Source of the DNA: a candidate division WOR-3 bacterium
GTDB taxonomy: Bacteria; Hydrothermota; UBA3073
DNA: 64,000 bases
Reading direction: 5' to 3'
Assembly: GCA_023129165.1 (NCBI GenBank)
Contig: JAGMCL010000060.1
Coordinates: 7,776 to 71,775, forward strand
In this document: positions 1 through 10,561 of the stretch, piece by piece
Layout of the letters: each line of letters begins with the position of its first letter
Position numbering within the stretch: the first letter of the stretch is position 1
The notes under the pieces: model-generated
Told to the model about the DNA's origin: nothing
What the model saw: only the letters and a program-made list of their open reading frames with translations
Database searches by the model: none
Program-made: the position numbers and the translations under genes

Positions 1-1284
1 CATGAGCACAATGGAAACTGCGGTGAGACTCAGGATGTTCTTCAGGCATCAGCAAGAGCCGCTCTTATTCCTGCTGTCGCCACTATGAATATTGCAGAAG
101 ACCATGTATGGTGCGAGTTCTATTACAAAGGATGGCATGAATACCAGATTGACCTGGGACATGGAGTAACCCATATCAACGATTTTAGAACCAGTTATGA
201 CAGGGATATGACAGGAAGTCCTGGTGGTAAGGAGATCTCCTCTGTATGGAATTGGAGGTCGGATGGATTTGCCTGGACAGTTAGTGAAAAATATTCAAAA
301 TCATGTTCCCTTATAGTGCATGTTTATGACCTCAATGGACACCCTGTTGATGGTGCCAGACTTTTGATCTATGCAGATAGCTCACCCTGGGGTGGAGGAC
401 TAACCACCTGGGGATTTACAGATGCTAATGGAAGGTGTGATTTTAGCCTTGGAAACAGGAGGGATTTCTACATACATATCTCCTCATCAATTGGTGATTA
501 TCCAGAGGGAGCAGATGAGATTGTACAAATTATTTCTGGTTCACAGGATGGTGCTTCCTATTATAAGACCTTTTATCTCCCTGGTTCCATTCAATCTCCA
601 GATGTGAGACTCATCACCCCTTCTGGTAGTGAATATGCCCGCAAACTCGACATCGGTATAAATGCTCCTTCTCTATTCGAACATGGTTATGCACGAGCCC
701 GCAGAAAGACCCTGGACCCTGCACCTTTTTACCATACATACTCAGATAAAAAAACTCCTGGAAATATCGACTTCTTCGTCTGTGATGAGACAAATTACCT
801 GAGCTACCTTGCAGGTGATGAATTTGAATCACCTGTAATAGGAGAAAATATCACTGATGAAGATATTTCATTTATTACACCTCAACTTGGTAGGTGGTAT
901 CTTGCAGTATCAAACGAGGATAAAATTACAACTTCTAAAAGTATAAATATCTCACTCAGACTCTATAAGAACCCGGAATTCGGCATAGCTGAAGAGGAGC
1001 TCGCCTTTGGTTTCAACTTGAAGAGTATAGCACCAAATCCGTTTATGAAATCCACAACCATAAAATACGAAATCCCCTCTACATTAAAAACCAATATAGG
1101 TGTCTATGATATCTCAGGCAGACTGATAAAAACCCTTATTAATGTATCTCAGAAACCAGGAAATTACACAGTCACCTGGGATTGCAAGGACGTGAAAGGT
1201 AGAATGGTGCCATCGGGTATCTACTTTGCAAGGCTTATGGCAGAGGGGTATAAGTCAACAAAGCGAATGGTGCTAATGAAATAA
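1..1284 (+). CDS. 5'-partial secreted transglutaminase-like (PNGase-core-like) protein with C-terminal sorting/FlgD-Ig domain
   Basis: Frame is open from base 1 (HEHNGNCGETQDVLQASARAALIPAVATMNIAEDHVWCEFYYKGWHEYQID), giving the GxCGE...DHVW.E...W transglutaminase motif. C-terminal PNPF...WD...SGIYF domain. Confidence 0.75.
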   Translation, partial: HEHNGNCGETQDVLQASARAALIPAVATMNIAEDHVWCEFYYKGWHEYQIDLGHGVTHINDFRTSYDRDMTGSPGGKEISSVWNWRSDGFAWTVSEKYSKSCSLIVHVYDLNGHPVDGARLLIYADSSPWGGGLTTWGFTDANGRCDFSLGNRRDFYIHISSSIGDYPEGADEIVQIISGSQDGASYYKTFYLPGSIQSPDVRLITPSGSEYARKLDIGINAPSLFEHGYARARRKTLDPAPFYHTYSDKKTPGNIDFFVCDETNYLSYLAGDEFESPVIGENITDEDISFITPQLGRWYLAVSNEDKITTSKSINISLRLYKNPEFGIAEEELAFGFNLKSIAPNPFMKSTTIKYEIPSTLKTNIGVYDISGRLIKTLINVSQKPGNYTVTWDCKDVKGRMVPSGIYFARLMAEGYKSTKRMVLMK

Positions 1285-1300
1285 AGGCTAAAATAATTTT

Positions 1301-1391
1301 AACCACAGAGAACACAGAGCTACATTGAGTTAAAAATATACATCTCTCTGCTTTCTCCGCGCTCTCTGCGTTTTCTGCGACCTCTGTGGTT
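1301..1391. repeat. Intergenic inverted repeat (AACCACAGAG...CTCTGTGGTT) with short internal tandem units
   Basis: aaccacagag at 1301 pairs with ctctgtggtt at about 1381-1390. A related structure lies at about 47644-47946. Confidence 0.7.
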
Positions 1392-1453
1392 GAAAGTTAA
1401 ATTATCTATTAGATACTGTAGAAAAGAATATGAAAGAATATGAAAGCAAAAAT

Positions 1454-1512
1454 GTAGGGGTTCGATTTATCGAACCCGTAAAAGAAACGGGTCGGATGAA
1501 TCCGACCCCTAC
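1454..1512. repeat. REP-like doublet GTAGGGGTTCGATTTATCGAACCC...GGGTCGGATGAATCCGACCCCTAC
   Basis: GTAG-headed palindromes in inverted orientation. Near-identical copy at 24662-24720; half copy at 60960-60984. Confidence 0.8.
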
Positions 1513-1623
1513 AAGAATCAGGTGAAGGCAAGCAAAAAGTAGATAATTACTTTAAAAACTATAGGTCACGAAAATTAGTTGAGATATTTTTCACATTACC
1601 ATCTATCAAAAAAAGGAGGAGAT

Positions 1624-4500
1624 ATGAAAAGAATATTTGTTCTTATAACCATACTGGTGCTTGTTAGTCCGTCCTTTGCTATATGGGACAGTGGATGGCA
1701 TAATAAAGGTCTGGTCGAACTTCTTATAAGAAATGATGGCAGATTTGGATATACAAACGCGGGAATCTGGCCCACAGGTTCAGGACAGCACTACATCTAC
1801 GGAGCGGGGATATGGGTGGGAGCTATGAAGGAGATTCCTGAAGATACCACTACTCTCGCAATCGACCTTGATGATACCACAACAACAGTATTTGTCAACT
1901 CCACAGCAAACTTTGCGGAAGCTGGAGCGATAAAGATCGAGGATGAACTTATATATTACCGCACCACAAATGATACATCATTTCTTGAGTGTGAGAGAGG
2001 ATTTGCAAAATCTGTGAGTTGTGCCCACAACCTCGGCGTAACTATCCTTGGTATGAGTATGGAGACAAGCTATGGCTACAATCCAAGCAATGGGCAGACA
2101 GAATATACACCTCCGGACTTCCCTGACTATGATGATGATAGCTATAGAATCTACTGGTCTGATGACCCAGCAGATACTGCAGACTGGCCGCTTAGAGATG
2201 ACGATGGAAATCCAATTATAGTCTCCAGTCAGGACAGTTACTGTCAATTCACAGATGCAGACTCTTCTCGACATACAGGTGGTGGCTTTCCTCTTGATAT
2301 AGAGGTGACACAGATAGGTTATTCGTGGTATTATGAGATTTACGAGGATTTCCTATTTATCACCTATATTATAGTCAATAACTCTCCTGATACCCTCTTC
2401 TATGTTCATGCTGGGATATGCTGCGATGCCGATGTAGGTGATGCCTCTGATGATCTGGTTGATTTCGATGCTGACCGGGACCTGGGCTATGCATATGACC
2501 ACGATTTTAATGAACCGGGATGGCAGTATCCACCAGGGTATATGGGATTTGATTTTTTGGAGAGTCCTCTGGATACTGCTGGAGAACAGTTGGGACTCAC
2601 TGCATTCAAGATTACAACAATTCAAACTGACCCTGGAGACGATAGGGAGGCATACCTTCTCCTTGCAGGATATAATTTTGCAACAGCAGAGTATCATCCC
2701 TGGGATAGTATCTCACAAGAACAGGATATAAGATTCGTTCAGTGCACGGGTCCCTTCAGTCTTGGAAGTGGTGATACAGCGAAGGTGGTGATAGCAGTTG
2801 TAGCAGGTGAGGATATGCCTGATCTCCAGACTAACAGCGATGTGGCACAGAATCTCTATGACCTGAGTTTTGAGACACATAAAGTTACAGTTCTTTACCC
2901 GAATGGTGGAGAAGAGGTCGACGGCACAGTCTCTATCACCTGGGCTGATTCGAGTGTTACGGGTAACCCGCTCACAGTGGATATCTTATATTCAAGAGAT
3001 AATGGGAATACATGGGATACCCTTACTTCGGGTATAGAAGATACTCATGAGTACGAATGGAACACACTTACAGTCCCTGATGGAACAAGATACCTGATAA
3101 AGGTCTTTGTATCTGATGCAATCACCCTTGGAGCAGATATATCAGATGCAACTTTCACTATAAACAATCCAGGAAATGGTGTCCCTGATATAATTCTTCT
3201 CTCTCCACACAGGGGAACAGTTGAGGGAGTAGTCGCTGTTGAATGGGATGCAGCGGATGCTGACCAGGACTCTATAGTTATTGATATATCTTTGAGACGA
3301 CAAGATAGTGAGGAGTGGATAACCATATCAGAGGGTGAGGAAAACACCGGCAGTTACCTCTGGAATACCTATCTCATACATAATGGGGATTACAAACTGA
3401 AAGTGATTGCCAGAGATGCTGACACATCATCTGCTGATTCCTCAGACGGCTATATAAAGATATTGAACGACCATTCTCCAGCAGGGACTGTTATTCATTC
3501 AAACGGTGGTTGTAACGCACTCTCAATCCAGGCACTCGAATATATACCCGAGGACTATACTGGACATACATATGAGATAAGATTCAATCTTATTCAACGT
3601 TCGGGGTTTATGGACCCCTTGTATACCTATGAGTTTTATGATATCACCCTTGACTCCTTGCTTCTTACAGCTCAGCCGCTCTCCACGAAATTAGATGGCG
3701 AGCTATATGTTGATTACACTATGATCATAGATGGATTCGTGCTCGAGTTGGATTCACAAATTGACCTGAATTTTTTCAGATTTGTTGACTTCTATATAGT
3801 TACGAATGTAAGCGGCTTTGATGGAAATCTTGAGATTGACAGTCCACAACCACCCACTCCCAGGGCATGGCCCTTCAGGGGCTCTGATTTTGAGTTGTGC
3901 TGGATACAATATCCTGATGATACAACCCTGATTAGCCTTGAGGTTCATGATATCACAAATGATGTTTTTGTCCCGTTTGGTACTGGAACAGGAGACAGCT
4001 GGTATATCGGTTCAGGGAGTGAAACCCTTGACCCGGCTACCGATGAAAAAATTCATCTATGTGGTGGATACTTCTGGTTCAACGAGGATGGAACAATGAC
4101 TACGCCACCTGGACCAGGAGATGTCTGGAGGATCAACTCAGCAGGACCAAGGGTCCCCTGTGATGGCAATGTTTATACATTTACAACAATTGTTGGGATA
4201 GAGGAGGGACCAGAAAATCCATTAATGAGCGTTCTCTACCAAAACACTCCAAACCCCTTCAACTCTGAAACAGCAATCTCCTATTCAATGATATCAAAAG
4301 AGATGGTCAGCTTGAAGGTCTATGACCTTGCAGGGAGAGTGGTTAGAACATTGGTGGATAATACACAGAATGCTGGTAATTATAATATTAGATGGGATGG
4401 TAAAGACGATAAGGGTAACAGGCTCGCCTCAGGGATATATTTCTACAGGATAGATATCGGTGGATTCAAGAGTATGAGGAAGATGATACTACTGCGATAG
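1624..4500 (+). CDS. Large secreted multidomain protein (Ig-like PNGGE..W repeats) with C-terminal sorting/FlgD-Ig domain
   Basis: RBS AGGAGGA before ATG 1624; signal peptide MKRIFVLITILVLVSPSFA; C-terminal QNTPNPFN...WDG...SGIYFYR. Confidence 0.8.
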   Translation: MKRIFVLITILVLVSPSFAIWDSGWHNKGLVELLIRNDGRFGYTNAGIWPTGSGQHYIYGAGIWVGAMKEIPEDTTTLAIDLDDTTTTVFVNSTANFAEAGAIKIEDELIYYRTTNDTSFLECERGFAKSVSCAHNLGVTILGMSMETSYGYNPSNGQTEYTPPDFPDYDDDSYRIYWSDDPADTADWPLRDDDGNPIIVSSQDSYCQFTDADSSRHTGGGFPLDIEVTQIGYSWYYEIYEDFLFITYIIVNNSPDTLFYVHAGICCDADVGDASDDLVDFDADRDLGYAYDHDFNEPGWQYPPGYMGFDFLESPLDTAGEQLGLTAFKITTIQTDPGDDREAYLLLAGYNFATAEYHPWDSISQEQDIRFVQCTGPFSLGSGDTAKVVIAVVAGEDMPDLQTNSDVAQNLYDLSFETHKVTVLYPNGGEEVDGTVSITWADSSVTGNPLTVDILYSRDNGNTWDTLTSGIEDTHEYEWNTLTVPDGTRYLIKVFVSDAITLGADISDATFTINNPGNGVPDIILLSPHRGTVEGVVAVEWDAADADQDSIVIDISLRRQDSEEWITISEGEENTGSYLWNTYLIHNGDYKLKVIARDADTSSADSSDGYIKILNDHSPAGTVIHSNGGCNALSIQALEYIPEDYTGHTYEIRFNLIQRSGFMDPLYTYEFYDITLDSLLLTAQPLSTKLDGELYVDYTMIIDGFVLELDSQIDLNFFRFVDFYIVTNVSGFDGNLEIDSPQPPTPRAWPFRGSDFELCWIQYPDDTTLISLEVHDITNDVFVPFGTGTGDSWYIGSGSETLDPATDEKIHLCGGYFWFNEDGTMTTPPGPGDVWRINSAGPRVPCDGNVYTFTTIVGIEEGPENPLMSVLYQNTPNPFNSETAISYSMISKEMVSLKVYDLAGRVVRTLVDNTQNAGNYNIRWDGKDDKGNRLASGIYFYRIDIGGFKSMRKMILLR

Positions 4501-4651
4501 GAATGTTAATTTTAGACAGGATGGACAGGATATAAAAAGAATTAGAAAAATTTTTGACAGGATTAACTGGATTAACTTGATAAAAAAAAGAATAAAAGAA
4601 AGAATATTAATCATGTTTATCCTGTATTTCCTGTCTAATGAGATAAGAGCT

Positions 4652-4739
4652 GGGGTCAGGCTGGAATCTGGCATTTCTAACCCCATCTTGCTTCTAATCG
4701 TTTCAAGTTCTCTCCTTTTCCAGATTCCAGCCTGACCCC
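4652..4739. mobile_element. 88-bp miniature element with 20-bp terminal inverted repeats GGGGTCAGGCTGGAATCTGG
   Basis: Perfect TIRs with the same GGGGTCAGG ends as the RAYT-derived elements below. Confidence 0.6.
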
Positions 4740-4754
4740 AGTTTTGCATGACTG

Positions 4755-5939
4755 TCAAAAAAGAGCAAGTCTATCCTTAATATATTTATTTATTTTACCC
4801 TTAATATCTCTCGGAATTCTTATTCCCTCAGGTAGACCTTCTTTATTTATATACTTCAATATAGATCTTACTATACTGTAGGTTTGGTTAAGTCCATAAC
4901 CTGTTACCTTTGAAGAGTCACCCTTTGTATGTATGTAGAAGGAAGGTATACCCCCTGCTCTGTTTATGTTGATAGAAGGTATGCCGATTTTTCCAAAAGG
5001 AATTGAATCACTGCTGTATATATTCTTTTTTATCTTTGCATAAAGTTTCTCCCTTTTCAATATCCCTTTTACCCATTCCTTTAAAATTCTATCACCCGTA
5101 ACTATTATATTGTTTGTTCCTATATCATCTCCAGTCACATCGATGTTTATTACAAACTCTGCACTTATGTTCTTTTTATTATTTACATAGTTAAAACTTC
5201 CAAGAAGCCCAAACTCTTCTGCTCCAAACCAGATAAATTTAACATTTTTATCTAAATCTTTCAAGAGTGTAAGCAGTACTGCTGAACCACCCCCATTATC
5301 ACTTACTCCCTTTGAATAAGCAACCGTATCATAATGGGCACATATGATAATGGCAGGATTTTCAGATTTTTTGACAATTATGTTTGCTGATTTTGATTTA
5401 ATTATTTTACCTTCTCCTTGTATTCTCACCCCTTTTCCTGTATAGTTGAGAAGTTTTAACCCTATATTATATGATACTGATACTATTGGTATCTTAGCAC
5501 TCTTTATTATACTCTGAACTATATTCCCTGTCATTTCCTCTCTTTCAGGAGCATTTACAATTATAATTCCCCTGATTCTCTTTCTTAACATCTTTTTGTA
5601 TTCCTTTGGAGTGATACGGTAGTAGAGCATCAGAATCTTCCCTTTAGGATTTTCAACTACTGAGTGATGCTCAATGTACTGCAGTTCACCCTCTATGTCA
5701 AAGCTTTCAAATCCTCCAAATGGTCTTGCATTAAACTTCTTACTACCAACTTTTATTTCTCCATTTAAGGGTATGAATGAAAATATGTCAAAGTATTGAA
5801 TCTCTGGAGTGAACCCATAAGATTTTACCACCTTTACAATATAGTCTCTTGCTCTCCTTTCGCCATCTGTTCCAGCAATCCTCTCAAAACTTATATTATA
5901 AAGATGGTTCTTCAGTTTATTTATGATTTCGTTATCCAT
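4755..5939 (-). CDS. M28 family aminopeptidase with PA-like insert
   Basis: Zinc-ligand motifs AHYD, SDNGGG, GAEEFGLLGS, NID, SSD and YIHTKGD; GGAG RBS before MDNEIINK. Confidence 0.85.
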   Translation of the reverse strand: MDNEIINKLKNHLYNISFERIAGTDGERRARDYIVKVVKSYGFTPEIQYFDIFSFIPLNGEIKVGSKKFNARPFGGFESFDIEGELQYIEHHSVVENPKGKILMLYYRITPKEYKKMLRKRIRGIIIVNAPEREEMTGNIVQSIIKSAKIPIVSVSYNIGLKLLNYTGKGVRIQGEGKIIKSKSANIIVKKSENPAIIICAHYDTVAYSKGVSDNGGGSAVLLTLLKDLDKNVKFIWFGAEEFGLLGSFNYVNNKKNISAEFVINIDVTGDDIGTNNIIVTGDRILKEWVKGILKREKLYAKIKKNIYSSDSIPFGKIGIPSININRAGGIPSFYIHTKGDSSKVTGYGLNQTYSIVRSILKYINKEGLPEGIRIPRDIKGKINKYIKDRLALF

Positions 5940-5988
5940 ATATTCTCCAGAAATATGTTGGTGCATTGCAATCTCACTCTACTAGCTA

Positions 5989-6095
5989 TCATTGCGAGTC
6001 CGTCGTCCGTCAAGAAGTACGACGGATTGACGGACGTGGCAATCTCATTCCAGCCCTCTATCATTGCGAGCGAATGGAGTGAGCGTGGCAATCTC
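5989..6095. repeat. REP-like palindrome family TCATTGCGAG...GTGGCAATCTC (two units)
   Basis: Same family at about 24476-24553, 41800-41838, 44832-45009, 54116-54234, 54803-54947, 56416-56500, 59581-59630 and 60550-60641. Confidence 0.85.
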
Positions 6096-6103
6096 ATTCT
6101 TTT

Positions 6104-6225
6104 TAACAGGGACTTGCCTGCCTGCCGGTAGGCAGGTAAGAGACTTGTAAGAGAATAAAAAATATAAAGAAATTTTTATCTCTTAAATTCTATTATTTGT
6201 CTGTTCTACCTACCGGTAGGCATGG
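6104..6225. repeat. Dispersed intergenic repeat ACAGGGACTT...AAGAGAATAAAAA...ATTCTATTATTT, with embedded CCTGCCTGCCGGTAGGCAGG hairpin
   Basis: Copies at about 24248-24361 and 56247-56364; hairpin also at about 44956-44975. Confidence 0.7.
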
Positions 6226-6231
6226 TTTGCT

Positions 6232-7962
6232 TTACATTTTCATCTTTATCAACTTTTTAGTTTCAGTTTGTTCGCCAGCATTAAACTTAAGGAAATATAT
6301 ACCACATGGAACTGTCTTTCCCAAATTGTTTCTTCCATACCATACTATTTTATGATAGCCTGGTTTTTGGGGCTCGTTAATTAAACTTCTCACTAACTGT
6401 CCAAAAATATTATATATCTTCAATTCAGCATTACATTCGTATGGAAGAAAATAGCGAATCGTTGTTTCAGGATTGAAAGGATTGGGGTAATTATGAGATA
6501 CTGATGGGATTTCTAATATTGAAGAAACCTTATTGTTAACTATACCCGTTGGTTCAACTGTAATAGTGTCTGTTTTTGTTGAAGAACCCGAACTATTTTT
6601 AACAGTTAAACTTACTATATAAGTTCCACAACTATCATAAGTCCACTCAGGATTTTGTACTGTAGTGTCAATTGTACCATCATTATTAAAGTCCCATTCC
6701 CACATTATCGGATTATGTAATGATCGATCTCTAAAACGAACTGTCAAAGAATCTCCGCCAAGGATGTAGGTAAAGTTGGCTACAATGGATATTGTATCAA
6801 TAACATCAAAAGCCCGTTGAAGTTCGGAAAATGCATACCCAGCCATTTCAGCTTCAAATATTAACATTTCACTTTCGGATGGATTGTCTTCAATAAAAGA
6901 ATCAGTAGAATCGAAAATTATTTCCCCTACTGGATATATTTGATCCCATAGACCGCTCCCGTCTTCATTCCGGAGCTTATAAGAGTCTATATATCTTTCA
7001 TTTGTATAGTCGAAAAGACATTGTTTAATTTGGTAAGTCACATCAAAAAGGCTATCTGTATCATCAGGAGGATTTCCAACAGACCAGTAAGGTACGGCAA
7101 TTGACCCTGCAGTTTGCCCGAGCATTGTCCACATGGTAGTTAACCTTACCAGTTCGCTGGGTTCAACTCCCTGAATAACTGTTGCTGAAACTGATATGTG
7201 TCTGCAGATGCTATATCTGGTATTTATATAACCATATGGTCTATCAATGATCCACTGATGAGGGTATGGAACATCAACTGGTTCACTATCTGAGTACGAA
7301 AAGTCCCGCATATGGTCCTGGAGAATGCTTTGGTAATTCAGGTTACTATCAGCATAGAATTCTCCGATAAGGTTCATAGATCGAATATAACGCTTCTTGC
7401 TTTCACTCTCAGGTATACTATCTATATCTGTACCACAAAGGAAAAAGTCTGTTCGCACAATAAAACTATCTGCATCACACCTTCCATAAAGACTATCCCC
7501 TATTTCAAACATTGCTGCACCACCTATTCTATCAATTACACCGAAAATTCCATGAATGTCATGATCGGGTAAATATAAGCTGTTGACTAAAGCAACAAAA
7601 TCACCTATAGTGTCGCATATACCAAGTGCTTCAAACATTAATGACCCGTTCCCATGTCTTACTGGAATGGAATCCGTAACATTTACATTCACAATTGCAA
7701 ATCCTTTCTCGTTCATACCCATCCAGGTAAGTCCATTTCCATAGTTTACATCCCAGACATATATAAAATTATAAATTCCTCCAGTGTCATAGCTTATTTT
7801 ATTATTTACATAAGTAGTGCAATCTCGTGTTTTCCAAAGCAACGGGTGTCCATCTGTCGCTTCACCCGAGGCAACTCCAATTGTACAACCTTCTGCGTTT
7901 TGATACCCAACTGTCAAAAAAAGATTAATAATTAACAAATGTAAAATTAGATATTTTTTCAT
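6232..7962 (-). CDS. Secreted Ntn-hydrolase (C45/C69-like) with PKD domain and C-terminal sorting domain
   Basis: Signal peptide followed by nucleophile CTIGVASG, WKTRD, GMNEKGFAIVN; PKD WEWDFNNDG..NP..Y...G.Y.VSLTV; NYPNPFNP CTD. Confidence 0.8.
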   Translation of the reverse strand: MKKYLILHLLIINLFLTVGYQNAEGCTIGVASGEATDGHPLLWKTRDCTTYVNNKISYDTGGIYNFIYVWDVNYGNGLTWMGMNEKGFAIVNVNVTDSIPVRHGNGSLMFEALGICDTIGDFVALVNSLYLPDHDIHGIFGVIDRIGGAAMFEIGDSLYGRCDADSFIVRTDFFLCGTDIDSIPESESKKRYIRSMNLIGEFYADSNLNYQSILQDHMRDFSYSDSEPVDVPYPHQWIIDRPYGYINTRYSICRHISVSATVIQGVEPSELVRLTTMWTMLGQTAGSIAVPYWSVGNPPDDTDSLFDVTYQIKQCLFDYTNERYIDSYKLRNEDGSGLWDQIYPVGEIIFDSTDSFIEDNPSESEMLIFEAEMAGYAFSELQRAFDVIDTISIVANFTYILGGDSLTVRFRDRSLHNPIMWEWDFNNDGTIDTTVQNPEWTYDSCGTYIVSLTVKNSSGSSTKTDTITVEPTGIVNNKVSSILEIPSVSHNYPNPFNPETTIRYFLPYECNAELKIYNIFGQLVRSLINEPQKPGYHKIVWYGRNNLGKTVPCGIYFLKFNAGEQTETKKLIKMKM

Positions 7963-7986
7963 GAGGATCATGGGGTCAGGGATCAT

Positions 7987-8248
7987 GGGGTCAGGTCTTT
8001 AGTTTTAAGTTTTCAAGTAACCTTATTAACTATTCTCTTAAGGCGTTGGGTTTTTACTATATGAATTTCAAAATATTTAACAATAATTGGAATATTGATT
8101 TAACTCGAGTTAAAGAATTTCGCTATAGTCTGAGAGGCAACGTGGTATACCCATCCAGTATATTACTTATTAACACTCTCATTATAGTATCAATATAATA
8201 TATCTTTTATAAAAAGTCAAGTAAATTTAAAACTAAAGACCTGACCCC
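7987..8248 (-). mobile_element. 262-bp non-autonomous element derived from a REP-associated tyrosine transposase (RAYT/Y1) element, copy 1
   Basis: 20-bp TIRs GGGGTCAGGTCTTTAGTTTT. Minus strand carries a TTGACT-17-TATATT promoter and remnants YTGWVYHV.S (Y1 N-terminus) and KDLTP (C-terminus). Near-identical copy at 12157-12418. Confidence 0.7.
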
Positions 8249-8516
8249 AATTTCGCAATTTAACATCTATTGAATATGTTGAAGCAAAGCGTATATCCGT
8301 TCCCATCAAGTTACAGAGACACCTAATTGAAAGGTATAGATAGAAATAGTGAAATTGGTGTACTTATTTAATGACTAAAGATAATTTAGTCATTCATTAA
8401 ATATAATCGAGCTCGTATACGCTAAAACTAACTCCCCTTAAATAGCGTAACTATTTCTTACAAGGTATTATTATCAACTCCTTATAAAAGGACTGTCCTT
8501 ACCTCGTCATATGATA

Positions 8517-10484
8517 CTATCGTATTGCAACCATCTTCTTAGTAGTCACTATATTCTCAGTCTGAAGTTTACAGAAATAAATTCCGCCAGCAATTTCATA
8601 CCCTTTATCATCCCTGGCATCCCAGGTGATTTGATGGTAGCCAGCATCATATATATCCTGGGCTAAGGTCCTTACTAATTTACCTGTGACATCGTAAACT
8701 GAAATATTTACAAAACTCTTAGCCATTAAGTAATACTGAATTATAGTTTCGAATTTAAAAGGATTGGGATTGTTCTGCAATAAAGGAGATGGATCAACCC
8801 CCGAAATATCTTCACCAGTTGTTTGCGAGCCACCACCAGCTTCATGCTCCCAGATATAAATGTCAGATACTATCGCATTCTCCCCTTGTACTCGTTTTAT
8901 GTTCAGATGAATTTCATTATCGAGATACATATTTCTTGGTATCCAGCGGCAAATGAGAATTGGAGTTTCTGGAATTTCAATATGACCATGAATTTGGATT
9001 CCATCAATATTAAGAGTTTGAATTCGTTCCTGTGTGGTATTAGGTGGTTCATAATATAGGATGCCCATTTTATATTGCTTATCAGGATTTAATCCTGTGA
9101 TACAATAGACCAAGCTATCTGGATGATAATCAACTGTCTTATCCGGTGTTTCTCCCCATTCATAATATCCTTCTCTTTGTACTAAGTACAGTGATGGTTC
9201 TGACTTCCCCGTGGCAAAAATGAAATTGGGTACTATAACATAAATTTCTTCTGAGTAATCACTCTCATTCTCATCCCAATCTAAGGCTGTAATCTTATAA
9301 CTGTATCTTCCACCTGGCTCGACATCGTGATCGTCATATTGACTTACTGTAACAATTCCACTATTGATTTTAACTCCGTTTCTGAAGACATTATAACCAT
9401 CAAGGTCGATCTCAATGTTATTGTCCCAGGTTAAATGAACGAAGACTCCTCCGTTGATACCGAATACATAGTCGAACCCGGTAGGAGCTAAAGGAGTTTT
9501 CTCAAGGAAGATCTTATGTCCTATATCACCTGGATCCGAATAATTTGTAAGTGGGTAACATCTTGGGTCTGCTGGGGGAATGGGTACCCACATTGTATCT
9601 ATGCTATCATATTTATAGACATATTTGTATGCTTCCCATACTGATGCTCTGCCATTATTATCACTATCGTAACCCCCTAAAATATCTATAGGCTCACCAC
9701 CATCAGGCTTGACTCCAGAAAATGCATTCATAACATGGAAAACGAATTCATCATGATGATATGTATGTTCTTCAATTATCTCATTCTCTGACCCTTCTAC
9801 TACGTGAGTGCCCCTTCGAATAAGTACATCGTCGCACGGATAAGACTTACCGTACTTAGGACCTACTGACAATGAGCAGGCAGTAACTACTACAGTGCTA
9901 TCATTTTCTAAATCGTCTATAAATCCACCACTCTGACATTGTTCCATAATAATAACACGATAGGCATGTGGTATATCACTGATCCAATCAGCTAATTCCC
10001 AATCTATGAGTTCTCCATCTTCTAACTTAAGCCTTGCATGCTGAGGATCTACTTCATTATTGCCATGTCCATTAGTCCATATGTAAAGGAAATCCTGACT
10101 CGTCATTGTAGATTCCAGTAAAGCAAACACATATTGAAGATTGTCACGAGTAGCGGGATAATCAACAAACCCTTCTGGTCTCTTATATCTCACCCAATAA
10201 TCCCACTCGTCAAATTCCCAACTCCAATTTGTACCGTCTGCCCAGAGCACATATACATCATCATTGTTCCAACCTCGTTTTTCAACCAATATCTCGTGCA
10301 TTATAAAGGGATCGTTCCAATATTCGTCACGTATTCTTTTCCCTTTAAGCTCTTTTCCCACCTCAGGAGTAACTCCCGAGATCAATACACCATACTCTTT
10401 TCCAAAAATAATACCTTGCAGAGACATCAAAACCAGTAGGGACATGCCTCCTGTCAGCAACCAACGAAACATTTCTTTCTTCAT
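8517..10484 (-). CDS. Secreted clan CD cysteine peptidase (C13/legumain/caspase-like) with FN3 and C-terminal sorting domain
   Basis: His-Gly (TNGHG) and Cys (EQCQSGGF) dyad; FN3 LTW...GYNVFR...Y.ITA; QNNPNPF CTD. Confidence 0.8.
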   Translation of the reverse strand: MKKEMFRWLLTGGMSLLVLMSLQGIIFGKEYGVLISGVTPEVGKELKGKRIRDEYWNDPFIMHEILVEKRGWNNDDVYVLWADGTNWSWEFDEWDYWVRYKRPEGFVDYPATRDNLQYVFALLESTMTSQDFLYIWTNGHGNNEVDPQHARLKLEDGELIDWELADWISDIPHAYRVIIMEQCQSGGFIDDLENDSTVVVTACSLSVGPKYGKSYPCDDVLIRRGTHVVEGSENEIIEEHTYHHDEFVFHVMNAFSGVKPDGGEPIDILGGYDSDNNGRASVWEAYKYVYKYDSIDTMWVPIPPADPRCYPLTNYSDPGDIGHKIFLEKTPLAPTGFDYVFGINGGVFVHLTWDNNIEIDLDGYNVFRNGVKINSGIVTVSQYDDHDVEPGGRYSYKITALDWDENESDYSEEIYVIVPNFIFATGKSEPSLYLVQREGYYEWGETPDKTVDYHPDSLVYCITGLNPDKQYKMGILYYEPPNTTQERIQTLNIDGIQIHGHIEIPETPILICRWIPRNMYLDNEIHLNIKRVQGENAIVSDIYIWEHEAGGGSQTTGEDISGVDPSPLLQNNPNPFKFETIIQYYLMAKSFVNISVYDVTGKLVRTLAQDIYDAGYHQITWDARDDKGYEIAGGIYFCKLQTENIVTTKKMVAIR

Positions 10485-10561
10485 TTCAAATCACCTCCTT
10501 TTAAAAATTTTCATACCAAGAGCCTAGCAACAAAACACATTGGTTTAACCACCTCCTTTCC

